Assembly (NCBI GenBank): GCA_030668875.1
Contig: DAOVER010000015.1
Location: 30,001 to 62,000 of the forward strand
Reading direction: 5' to 3'
Length of the DNA: 32,000 nucleotides
Origin: Candidatus Heimdallarchaeota archaeon
Lineage (GTDB): Archaea > Asgardarchaeota > Heimdallarchaeia > Heimdallarchaeales > Heimdallarchaeaceae
Shown: positions 15,729 through 24,379 of the stretch, in pieces
Layout: each line of letters opens with the position of its first letter
Position numbering within the stretch: position 1 is the first letter of the stretch
The notes under the pieces: model-generated
Told to the model about the DNA's origin: nothing
Database searches by the model: none
What the model saw: only the letters and a program-made list of their open reading frames with translations
Made by a program: the position numbers and the translations under genes

Positions 15729-17276
15729 TTAACTTCTTTTTTTACTTCTTCTTGGAAGTCTTAATACTAAAAGGAATAGAAATAAAATCATAATAGAAGG
15801 TACAAAAAGAATGTTTGCTATAACAGTGTACTCTTCATCAATTTTATCTGAAAGCGGATATGTGTCTGCTGAGTTACTAGCTCCATCTATCTCATAATCT
15901 CCACTTTCAAAGTCACTCCAGAAATTTCCCTCTAAGGTTGTAGGATTGTACCATAGATTTTCTTCACCATCATCATATGCTTGACTCTCACCCATTTGGT
16001 TATTACTGTAAAATTCATTATGATCTATTTGATTCCAATAACTCTCATAATCGATATATACTCCATAATCCCGATTATGATGGAAGTAATTGTAATTAAT
16101 TGAAATATTATTACTATTCATTAAATGAAGACCATTTCCATCGTTATAAGATATGGAATTCTTTTCAATCATATTTTCTGAACATTTATATAAGAAGATA
16201 CCATTTAAACCATTTTGAAGAATTGAATTCCGAGATATCAAGGTACTTACTATACCTTCTGCACTGATTCCTTTATATCTACTCTCTTCGATTTTATTTG
16301 AATAAATAAAAGCCCCAATAATCTCTTTTAAAGATAAACCAATATTATTACTTTGTGAAATGTTATTAAACTGTATTATCGGATAATTAGCAGTTTCATA
16401 AAAGATACTTTCTACAGACTCAATCAATATTCCAACTTCAGTTTTCGAAATACCATTTTTACTTATAAGTAAAGTGTCACAATTTATAGCACGTATACCA
16501 ACATCACCAGCTGAAAAAATTATATTAGATACAACTTTACATCCTTCAGAGTATTCTATATCTATTGAATTATCATCTAAATTATAGTACATATTGTTAA
16601 GAAATGAAAAATGATTGTTATAAATTAATGTCCGGTCAGAGTGACTAGTTAGTATTCCATTATCACACAAGAAAAACTGATTATTATATATATGACAATC
16701 ATCTGAATGACTAATCATAACTGGATATAGACACTTAGAGAAAGTATTGTTAGTTAAATAACAAAACTGAGAATAATAATTGTAAATACCAGCCTCACAT
16801 CTAGAGAAAATATTCCATTCCAATTTAACACGATATGAATTTTCTACTCTTATCCCATTTATCATCGAATATGAGTTACCATTGAAAGTGTTATTGACAA
16901 TGTTTATTGTTTCATTTAGAATGTCTTTGATTTTTATTCCATAAATACCTTCATAAAAAGTACAGTTACGTATTTCGATGTGTTTAGTTGTTTTATAAAT
17001 GTAAATAACATTCTCAGTTGAAGGTTGTCCTGTAAAAATGATATTTTCAATTAAGAAAGGATTTTCAATAGTTCCATTTCCTGTTAAACTAAGTAAATCT
17101 GGATCTGAATCAGAGGTGATTAAAATCTCATTTATTGAATCTAGATTTGGATTTACATTCAATTGCACTAATGAAGAAGAAGTATTAATCAGAGCAAAGA
17201 AAAATAACGAAAATAATAAACATATTAGAAAAGTAGTTTTCAATATATTCTTTTGATTGATACTTTTCCACTTCAT
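15729..17276 (-). CDS. Right-handed parallel beta-helix (NosD/PbH1-repeat) surface protein
   Basis: Repeated I-x-x-N-x-[FI]-x-x-N/C...GI units, GNGTIENPFLIEN, terminal GNFWSD...DTYPL. N-terminal signal and C-terminal TM with basic tail. Confidence 0.8.
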   Translation of the reverse strand: MKWKSINQKNILKTTFLICLLFSLFFFALINTSSSLVQLNVNPNLDSINEILITSDSDPDLLSLTGNGTIENPFLIENIIFTGQPSTENVIYIYKTTKHIEIRNCTFYEGIYGIKIKDILNETINIVNNTFNGNSYSMINGIRVENSYRVKLEWNIFSRCEAGIYNYYSQFCYLTNNTFSKCLYPVMISHSDDCHIYNNQFFLCDNGILTSHSDRTLIYNNHFSFLNNMYYNLDDNSIDIEYSEGCKVVSNIIFSAGDVGIRAINCDTLLISKNGISKTEVGILIESVESIFYETANYPIIQFNNISQSNNIGLSLKEIIGAFIYSNKIEESRYKGISAEGIVSTLISRNSILQNGLNGIFLYKCSENMIEKNSISYNDGNGLHLMNSNNISINYNYFHHNRDYGVYIDYESYWNQIDHNEFYSNNQMGESQAYDDGEENLWYNPTTLEGNFWSDFESGDYEIDGASNSADTYPLSDKIDEEYTVIANILFVPSIMILFLFLLVLRLPRRSKKRS

Positions 17277-17297
17277 ATCAATTTTCTAGTTGATTTG

Positions 17298-18341
17298 TTA
17301 AGATTTTAAATATTTCTCGATTTCTTCTCTTTTCAATTCAAATTCTAATTCTGTCAGCCATAATTTATGGTTTAATGTCTTATTGATCTTAATCATATGC
17401 TCATTACTCCCAGCATTGCCTGTTATCCAGTACTTAGCATTAGTTTCTTCAAGGAGCTGCAACAAAGATTGATATTTTAACATCAAACCTAATCCCTTCC
17501 CTCTATGTTCTGGAATTACCCCAGTGTCATCTTGCCAGGCTACTTGCTTATTCAATGGATTTGTACTAAAAATAGTATACCCTACAGGTTTGTTCGTTTC
17601 TTCATGTATACATAGAAAAGAATAGTAATTATCACCACCGAGCATTTCAATATCATACATCTCTTTGTATCTTTCAGGAGTTAGAGTATGATCTTCATAA
17701 GTAAGTTTTTCTCTTGGCATATCATTCCATATCTGTTGAACAACAGTAACGAATTCTTCAATGTCAACATGATTTTCAAATGTCATATTCTTAACTTCAA
17801 CAACTCTATAACCTTTCTCCTTTGCTTTTTTCAGAAGTTTATTAGCTTCCTCTCTCACTTTATTGACATTAAATTCTGTTAAATCTGCAGCATTACGTTT
17901 CTCTTGATAGTCATTATCTTTCTTTATTTTTCTTAGAAAGAACTCTCCATTAGATCCTAGAACACTTCCTGCATATATGAGTTTAATTTGCTCCGGGGGT
18001 TTAGTGATAAGAGCTTTAAGCATTGATTTTCCAATCCCTTTTCTTCTGTGCTCTTTAGCAACATATGCAACAAACCAACCTCTATCAAGATTTTCATATT
18101 TTATATTCCATCCGATAATCCCAAAGCCTACAACAAGATCCTCTGAGTTTATTGCTACTGCTCTTAACTTCTTAATCCAATAAACTTCTCTGACTTTCCA
18201 TTTCTTTCTAAACAACTCAATCTCAGGCGGTAAAATTCCCCACTTCTCCTCCTCCTCTAGTTGTTGAAGAGCAAACAGCTGTTCTAAATATTTTACTGGA
18301 ATGTCTTCTTTGTTGCCAACAAGGATTTTGATGTCATTCAT
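17298..18341 (-). CDS. Tandem GNAT family N-acetyltransferase
   Basis: Two acetyl-CoA motif A copies (YVAKEHRRKGIG; TGVIPEHRGKGLG) and TGNAGSNEHMIKINKTL. Confidence 0.85.
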   Translation of the reverse strand: MNDIKILVGNKEDIPVKYLEQLFALQQLEEEEKWGILPPEIELFRKKWKVREVYWIKKLRAVAINSEDLVVGFGIIGWNIKYENLDRGWFVAYVAKEHRRKGIGKSMLKALITKPPEQIKLIYAGSVLGSNGEFFLRKIKKDNDYQEKRNAADLTEFNVNKVREEANKLLKKAKEKGYRVVEVKNMTFENHVDIEEFVTVVQQIWNDMPREKLTYEDHTLTPERYKEMYDIEMLGGDNYYSFLCIHEETNKPVGYTIFSTNPLNKQVAWQDDTGVIPEHRGKGLGLMLKYQSLLQLLEETNAKYWITGNAGSNEHMIKINKTLNHKLWLTELEFELKREEIEKYLKS

Positions 18342-18468
18342 TTAGATTATCTCAGATTGAGAAAATAGTTATTGGTTTAAGATTATTATTACTTTGGAGA
18401 TATGTGAGTAAAGAAACAATTAAAATCTTGAAACAATTATACATAATAATTAACCTAGGTTTACTAAA

Positions 18469-19392
18469 ATGTCTACAAAACAAGAGCATCAGCAGATTAC
18501 TTATGTCTGTAATACTTGCACAAAAAAAAGAATTATACTATTTCCAGCAGGAATGGAAATTAAAGTTGATTCAAGAGGCTTAAGTGAGTTTGTAGACATT
18601 CACAAATGCAAAGATGATAAACTGATAGCACTAATCTTGTTTGTTGATGGTCAATACGCAGTCAGATCTCAGGTACCAATAAGCAGCGAGGAAGCTACAA
18701 AATCTATTCCAGACGATCTAGCAAGTATGCCTGTACCAGTTCCAAGAAAGTCAGGGCTAGCAAAAATAAAAATTAACCCTCCTAAAAGCTTCAAAGCTTC
18801 TGTTATTAATGAGTTAATTATTAAAGATAGATTACGACAACTTCAATATTCATTGGAACCAAAAAAAACTGATGATGATCGCGATATAATGATTGATTCT
18901 CAATTCTGTTTTGTTCATATCCGCGCTAATGTTTCCAAGAAAACTGATTTAGTAAAGGCAAAAAGATGGTTCAAAGAAATAGCAAACTTGCTTGAACAAA
19001 CAGTACATATCAACGATGAAGTTTTTACTTTACTTTTGGAATATCTTGAAGAAAAATTAAAGAAGGATGATTTCATCCAAGAATTCAAAGAATTAATGAT
19101 ACTCTTAAATGGACCAGTAACAGTTCCTATCTCTACTAAAAAGTCGATTAAAGATTTTGATAGTAGATGGGGGAGCATAGATGGAAAGTTAACTCTAGGA
19201 GACTATAATAAGTATAATAAACTATTATTAGCTTGCTTAGATAACAAACAGAAAACACTTCTTGATATCTTCTCTCTTATGCAAGGACGCATGAAATTAT
19301 CCTATTTCCTCTCTGCATTTTATGACCTATTCTGTAACGCTTTTATGAAACTAGAAAAACCACAATTCTTCGCAACTTCCGATTTTGAATAG
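18469..19392 (+). CDS. Hypothetical protein with putative N-terminal Zn-binding motif
   Basis: 307-aa ORF with CNTC...HKC near the N-terminus, followed by LILFVDGQYAVRSQ. Confidence 0.6.
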   Translation: MSTKQEHQQITYVCNTCTKKRIILFPAGMEIKVDSRGLSEFVDIHKCKDDKLIALILFVDGQYAVRSQVPISSEEATKSIPDDLASMPVPVPRKSGLAKIKINPPKSFKASVINELIIKDRLRQLQYSLEPKKTDDDRDIMIDSQFCFVHIRANVSKKTDLVKAKRWFKEIANLLEQTVHINDEVFTLLLEYLEEKLKKDDFIQEFKELMILLNGPVTVPISTKKSIKDFDSRWGSIDGKLTLGDYNKYNKLLLACLDNKQKTLLDIFSLMQGRMKLSYFLSAFYDLFCNAFMKLEKPQFFATSDFE

Positions 19393-19418
19393 ACAAATAA
19401 AACAAAAGGGGATTTTGG

Positions 19419-21329
19419 TTAATTTTCACTTATATTTTTCCTCCTCCTAATCCAAATAATAGCAATTATACAAAGAAGTGGTAAGTAGAATGAGATATTT
19501 GCATATGCTATAATTATATTGTATCCTGCAAATTCTAGCCATTCATTAGCTTCTGCAAGATCATAATTATATTTGATAATATCTTTATAATAATGGTAAG
19601 TATTCGCGGGTAAAATCATACTATGACTGATAATGTATTCCCCATTGTGAACAACATGGTTGATATCTTTTCTATCAATAGCATAACAAATAGCTTTTCT
19701 CACAGCAACTGCTTTAGTATAATCTTCTTTACCTTCTGCGGTAAGAAACACAAAGTTATCAACACCACCTACGAAAGGTCTCTGAAGATTAAAGGCCAGA
19801 AAAGTCATTGAATTCCTTGGATAGCTGAAAACAGAGAATCTTTGATCATTTTGCATTTGTTTTCTTTCAGATGGGAAGAACATTAAACCAGTCCAGTCCA
19901 ATTTGCCAGCCTTGAATTCAGCTAATTCTTCAGTAATATCAGATATAACACGTACGTTGAATGTTTCAATATCTAGATCTTGCGTTGTTCCGTCAATTGC
20001 ACCAACATACATCCAGTATGGGCTAGCTTGGAGAACAGTAACGGAGTTTTTGATATAATGATCTAACATGTATTTTCCACAACCAAATGCGGAAGTACTA
20101 TAGTATAACCATGGATTAGTGTCTAGAATACCAGTATAGAAACCAGTACATTCAGCTCCACCAGAAGTGTATGAGACAGTGGGATTTGAGGAATTCAAGA
20201 AGAATTCGGGTAGAATTTCCCAAGGTAGTCTGGCCCAAAAGTCGACGTATTGTTCAATTTCTGGAGTATATGGGTTTCCATCAATCTCAATGTGGAAGGA
20301 TAGTTCATCTACTGGGTCAACATAGCAAGCTGAAATCCAGTTATGATAAGATGGACTTTCACTAACGATTGCGTTTGCCCATGCAAGGTAGGTAAAGACT
20401 GCGTCTTTGGCAGTGACTTGTTGGTTTTCACCATTACTAACTTCACCATTTTTTAGACCTACCATTAAAGGAGTGGTAGTTGGGTCAAGTGGGTCAGAGC
20501 TGGCATCTCTGCCTGTTACGTCAAATGATGGGTTCCACCATACATCATCTCTCATAGTAAATTCGTAATGGAATTCGTCAATTTGTTTCCAATCTGAAAC
20601 TAATGAGGTTTTAAGTGGGACAAAATCAGGACTCCAACCAACAATTGATTCAGCCATTAAGCTGAATATGAAAGAGCTGGATGTATCATCTGTTTGTAAT
20701 GGGTTCAAATCTCTCCAATAAGCATCAGCTATGTTGAATTCAGTTAATGAATCTTGACCTTCATGAAGACCACTATATTCGATGTAAGGTAAGGAGTCAA
20801 TTATTCCCCAGCGCACATCATAACCGAGTGTGTTTGACCATGTAGCAACGTATGATCTCGGTGAGAACAATGGTAGAATATGAACTATCTTATCCATAAC
20901 TAATTGCTGCCAGTTATAGTAGTGTTGCTGTTTTTGTTCAAGATCAGTTATGGTAACACCTTCAATAAGCATATTTTCACTAATGTTTCCATATGGTATC
21001 TCTCTAGGTATTTTTACAGACAAACCATCATAAGAATTAAATGGATTTTGATTTCCTGACAGTCCTATTATGTACATATCATAATCTTGTGTAAGCAGTA
21101 AACATCCAACGAACACTGTCCATTCTTCGACTTTAACTTCTACTTCAATACCGATTTCTCTAAGATACTGAGCTATGTAAAGACCATAGTCAGGTCTTAC
21201 TCCTCCCCCGTTAGTTTTTAGAACTAAATTACAATGAGGTTCAATACTCGCTTGAACACTAACAACTGAATAGAGAATTGACACCGAAAGTAAACTAACA
21301 AAGACTAGCGTATTTGTTTTTTTACACAT
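19419..21329 (-). CDS. ABC-type solute-binding protein family 5 (peptide/nickel), circularly permuted, C-terminally anchored
   Basis: VTAKDAVF, FGCGKYML, AEFKAGKLD, FLAFNLQRPF, VRKAICYAIDR, YDLAEANEWLEFAGY. GGTGA RBS, signal peptide, and C-terminal TM followed by RRRK. Confidence 0.85.
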   Translation of the reverse strand: MCKKTNTLVFVSLLSVSILYSVVSVQASIEPHCNLVLKTNGGGVRPDYGLYIAQYLREIGIEVEVKVEEWTVFVGCLLLTQDYDMYIIGLSGNQNPFNSYDGLSVKIPREIPYGNISENMLIEGVTITDLEQKQQHYYNWQQLVMDKIVHILPLFSPRSYVATWSNTLGYDVRWGIIDSLPYIEYSGLHEGQDSLTEFNIADAYWRDLNPLQTDDTSSSFIFSLMAESIVGWSPDFVPLKTSLVSDWKQIDEFHYEFTMRDDVWWNPSFDVTGRDASSDPLDPTTTPLMVGLKNGEVSNGENQQVTAKDAVFTYLAWANAIVSESPSYHNWISACYVDPVDELSFHIEIDGNPYTPEIEQYVDFWARLPWEILPEFFLNSSNPTVSYTSGGAECTGFYTGILDTNPWLYYSTSAFGCGKYMLDHYIKNSVTVLQASPYWMYVGAIDGTTQDLDIETFNVRVISDITEELAEFKAGKLDWTGLMFFPSERKQMQNDQRFSVFSYPRNSMTFLAFNLQRPFVGGVDNFVFLTAEGKEDYTKAVAVRKAICYAIDRKDINHVVHNGEYIISHSMILPANTYHYYKDIIKYNYDLAEANEWLEFAGYNIIIAYANISFYLPLLCIIAIIWIRRRKNISEN

Positions 21330-21365
21330 ATAGAATTCACCAAGAGAATTGTTATTTTATGAGTA

Positions 21366-21378
21366 TATGCACTTATAA
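21366..21378 (-). promoter_or_regulatory. Archaeal TATA box upstream of SBP gene
   Basis: TTATAAGTGCATA, matching the TTATAAGTGTATA of the other two SBP promoters. Confidence 0.55.
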
Positions 21379-21577
21379 GGAGTTTGCGAGTTTTAGGTCC
21401 TTTCTACAAATCTTGATGATTTTTTCAGTTTTGAACAACCTTGTTGCTAAGGTGGTTATCTAGGAACTACGTCTATACAAGAAGGTCTAGCATCACTTCT
21501 AAATTGATCTATCTCCCTTATAGGAAGGTATTATTGAAATTGAGAAGTCAAATAAAATAGCGAATAGGCGCTCTTCC

Positions 21578-22603
21578 TCAATTAACCTTTTCTTCTAATA
21601 AGGTGACTTGATCCCTATACTTCTTCCATTTCTTTGATAAGAAAACAAGAATTAAACATGGAATTACATTTACTGTAAGTAGAAGTGCTCCATAAATGAG
21701 AAACTCACCATCATAAAAACAATGGACCATAATTAGATATCCTGCAGCATTTAACCATTCAAATGCCAAATCTGCATTTCTATTATAAATCGGTAAATCA
21801 TTATTTATCCAATAACTCTCATATGGTAGAATAATGGAATCAATAATCGATGCTTCCCCATCAAAGATTTGGTAATTTATATCCTCTCGGTCTATAGTAT
21901 AGCATATTGTTTTACGTACTCCACTTGCCACAGAATTAAGTTCCTTTCCAGGCGCTGTTATATATACATAATTGTCACAACCTCCAACAAAGGGTCTTTG
22001 CAAGTTAAACCCAAGATAAATAGATTGATTGTAAGATTCATGAACTAAAGTAACTATTGGGAATAAGCAGACTAGCTTATCCATAGCAAGATCTTGGAAT
22101 TCAAGTAAATAGTCTCTCTTCTTAATTGGATTTGACTCATTTGTTGCATTAACTAACAAATTGTTTGCTAGCATCACATAAGGTATAGTTAGATTCAGAT
22201 TTGTTGGATTATTATAATTACTTACATTCCAAAAAAGCTGTTCTGTTATTTCAGAAGTATTCAGACTTATGAGAAATAAATCATAATCATGGGTAACATT
22301 CAGTTGAGAACTGAATATTCCTCTTTCTACTACTTTCATTTCAACTTCAATTAGTATTGATCTAAGATTCTTAACAATAATTAATCCAATATCAAGCAAT
22401 CTATCTTCAGCTGTAGTTTTGAGAACTAAATTGCATATAGGTTCAGGATAGTTTGGACCTTCATTGAAAATTATTGGTGGAGGGTTCCTTTTCTTCCAGT
22501 GCATTATGAAAAATCTTGTTGAAAAAACTAAATCTGTTAAAATTAAAATAATCATCAAACTAGAAACAACTATAACTATAGTTTTCTTTGTCTTATTTTT
22601 CAT
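21578..22603 (-). CDS. Shortened family-5 solute-binding protein paralog (one lobe only), with TM segments at both ends
   Basis: CNLVLKT...LFPIV is joined by a short linker to YLGFNLQRPF...VRKTICYTIDR...AFEWLNAAGY. The central region present in the paralogs is absent. Confidence 0.75.
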   Translation of the reverse strand: MKNKTKKTIVIVVSSLMIILILTDLVFSTRFFIMHWKKRNPPPIIFNEGPNYPEPICNLVLKTTAEDRLLDIGLIIVKNLRSILIEVEMKVVERGIFSSQLNVTHDYDLFLISLNTSEITEQLFWNVSNYNNPTNLNLTIPYVMLANNLLVNATNESNPIKKRDYLLEFQDLAMDKLVCLFPIVTLVHESYNQSIYLGFNLQRPFVGGCDNYVYITAPGKELNSVASGVRKTICYTIDREDINYQIFDGEASIIDSIILPYESYWINNDLPIYNRNADLAFEWLNAAGYLIMVHCFYDGEFLIYGALLLTVNVIPCLILVFLSKKWKKYRDQVTLLEEKVN

Positions 22604-22629
22604 CTTATGTTTTCATCCTTCTTACTCTA

Positions 22630-22688
22630 CAAGGGATTTACATTGAATCATCCAGATTCATGTATTATACTATTATACACTTATAAAT
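22630..22688 (-). repeat. Duplicated promoter plus decayed gene start (copy 1)
   Basis: caagggatttaca...cagattcatgtattatactattatacacttataaat. A 13-nt identical block and a 35/36 block are shared with 26350-26409. Confidence 0.85.
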
Positions 22689-22723
22689 ATTAACAAAATT
22701 TTTTAACAGATTCCCATGAAATT

Positions 22724-24379
22724 CTAAAAAATTGGAGGTTCTAACAAAGGATAAGGGTCTGTTGATCCTGAGTAACCACCAATTAGATAGCCATTAGTCT
22801 GATTCCAGTCAGACCAATAATTTCCTTCAAGTGTTAATGTATCGTACCAATAATTTCCTGAACCACTATCATATGCTTGGGAAGTAGAATTTTCATTATT
22901 ATAGAAGAAGGAATTATGATGAATGAAATTGATATTACTAGACCTACCTAAATTAATTGCATTATCTTTATTCTTCAAGAAGATATTAAATGAAATCGTA
23001 TTAACCTCACAATTAGAACTTATGATAATCCCATATTCGTTTTGAATAATGCGGTTTGCAGTGATATTAGTTAATAAAACCTGTTGAAGGGCAATACCGT
23101 AAATGGATTGTTCCACTGTATTATTAGTTATTGACATACAAGTAGAGGAACCAATTTGGATACCAGCTCCTGTATTAGATCTGAAGGTATTGTTAATCAA
23201 TTCTGAATAACCAGAATATCTAAGACTGATCCCAGAATAATTAAAATCAAATGTATTGTTGATAATCATTGACCACCTACAATAATAGAATATTAAACCA
23301 AAATTTGTGTTACTCAAAGATTGATTTGCGATTAAGAGATTGTCACATGAAACAAAGATTAGTTGTCCATAATCAGGTATGACGAATGAACAATTATCTA
23401 AATTAACATAATAACCTAACTTTTTTCCATTTACTAAATTATCTGAAAAAAGATATGTTTCATAATCTGCTTCAAACACATTGTAAATGTAAAAACCAGT
23501 ATTAGTACAGTTGTTTCTTTTAACTAATGAATAAGGTGAACGATTTGTATAAATCCCATAGTAGTGACAAGAAGAACAAGTGTTATTCTCAATAATAGAG
23601 AACTTTGAAAAAAAGATAAATATACCCCATCCAGAATCTGAGATGCAATTGTTTGATATTGTAACATTTATTGATTTGTAAGCTTCAATACCACAATCAG
23701 CTGTTAAAATGAAATTATTAGTGATATTAGTTGAATTAGCGTAGTAAGTTTTAATACAATAAGAAGTAGAGCTAAATTCATTGTTTGCTATTGTGGTGTT
23801 CTCAGTGTAATAGATTTTTACTCCTAAACCTATATAACCCCCAAGCTCGAATCCCGAAATTAAACTATCATAGAAGCAATTATTTGAAACACTACAATTT
23901 GAACTGTATTCAATATTTAAAGCAATGTCAAAACTAACAAAATAATTATCTGTGATAGATGTAGAGTTAGCTCGATTTATCCGGATTCCCCGCTCGCTTA
24001 GAAAAGAATTATTAATTATTTTTGCTGTTTTTTCTTTTATATCAGAGATGACTATGCTACAATAATTACTGTTATCAAAAATACAATTTTGTATAGTAAA
24101 ATAACTTGTTGTATTTGCAATAAAAATTCCTTGTTGAGATTGATTAGCAAAATTTCGATTCTCAATTAAGTAAGGGAAATTTTTGGTTCCATCTCCCTCA
24201 AAACCATAATATTTGAAATCATCATCAGAATCAATACATATCTCAGCATTAGAGCAAATAACAGAGTAGTCTTCTAAATTCAGATATATTATGAATAATG
24301 GAATGCTAATTGCAGAAACTATTAGGATAGTTAAACTAGCAAAAACGAATGATTTTTTACTAAGTAAACCTTCGATCAT
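22724..24379 (-). CDS. Right-handed parallel beta-helix (NosD/PbH1-repeat) surface protein
   Basis: N-terminal TM, GDGTKNFPYLIEN, many I-x-x-N-x-F repeats, terminal GNYWSDW...DPYPL. ATGA overlap with the upstream SBP gene. Confidence 0.8.
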   Translation of the reverse strand: MIEGLLSKKSFVFASLTILIVSAISIPLFIIYLNLEDYSVICSNAEICIDSDDDFKYYGFEGDGTKNFPYLIENRNFANQSQQGIFIANTTSYFTIQNCIFDNSNYCSIVISDIKEKTAKIINNSFLSERGIRINRANSTSITDNYFVSFDIALNIEYSSNCSVSNNCFYDSLISGFELGGYIGLGVKIYYTENTTIANNEFSSTSYCIKTYYANSTNITNNFILTADCGIEAYKSINVTISNNCISDSGWGIFIFFSKFSIIENNTCSSCHYYGIYTNRSPYSLVKRNNCTNTGFYIYNVFEADYETYLFSDNLVNGKKLGYYVNLDNCSFVIPDYGQLIFVSCDNLLIANQSLSNTNFGLIFYYCRWSMIINNTFDFNYSGISLRYSGYSELINNTFRSNTGAGIQIGSSTCMSITNNTVEQSIYGIALQQVLLTNITANRIIQNEYGIIISSNCEVNTISFNIFLKNKDNAINLGRSSNINFIHHNSFFYNNENSTSQAYDSGSGNYWYDTLTLEGNYWSDWNQTNGYLIGGYSGSTDPYPLLEPPIF

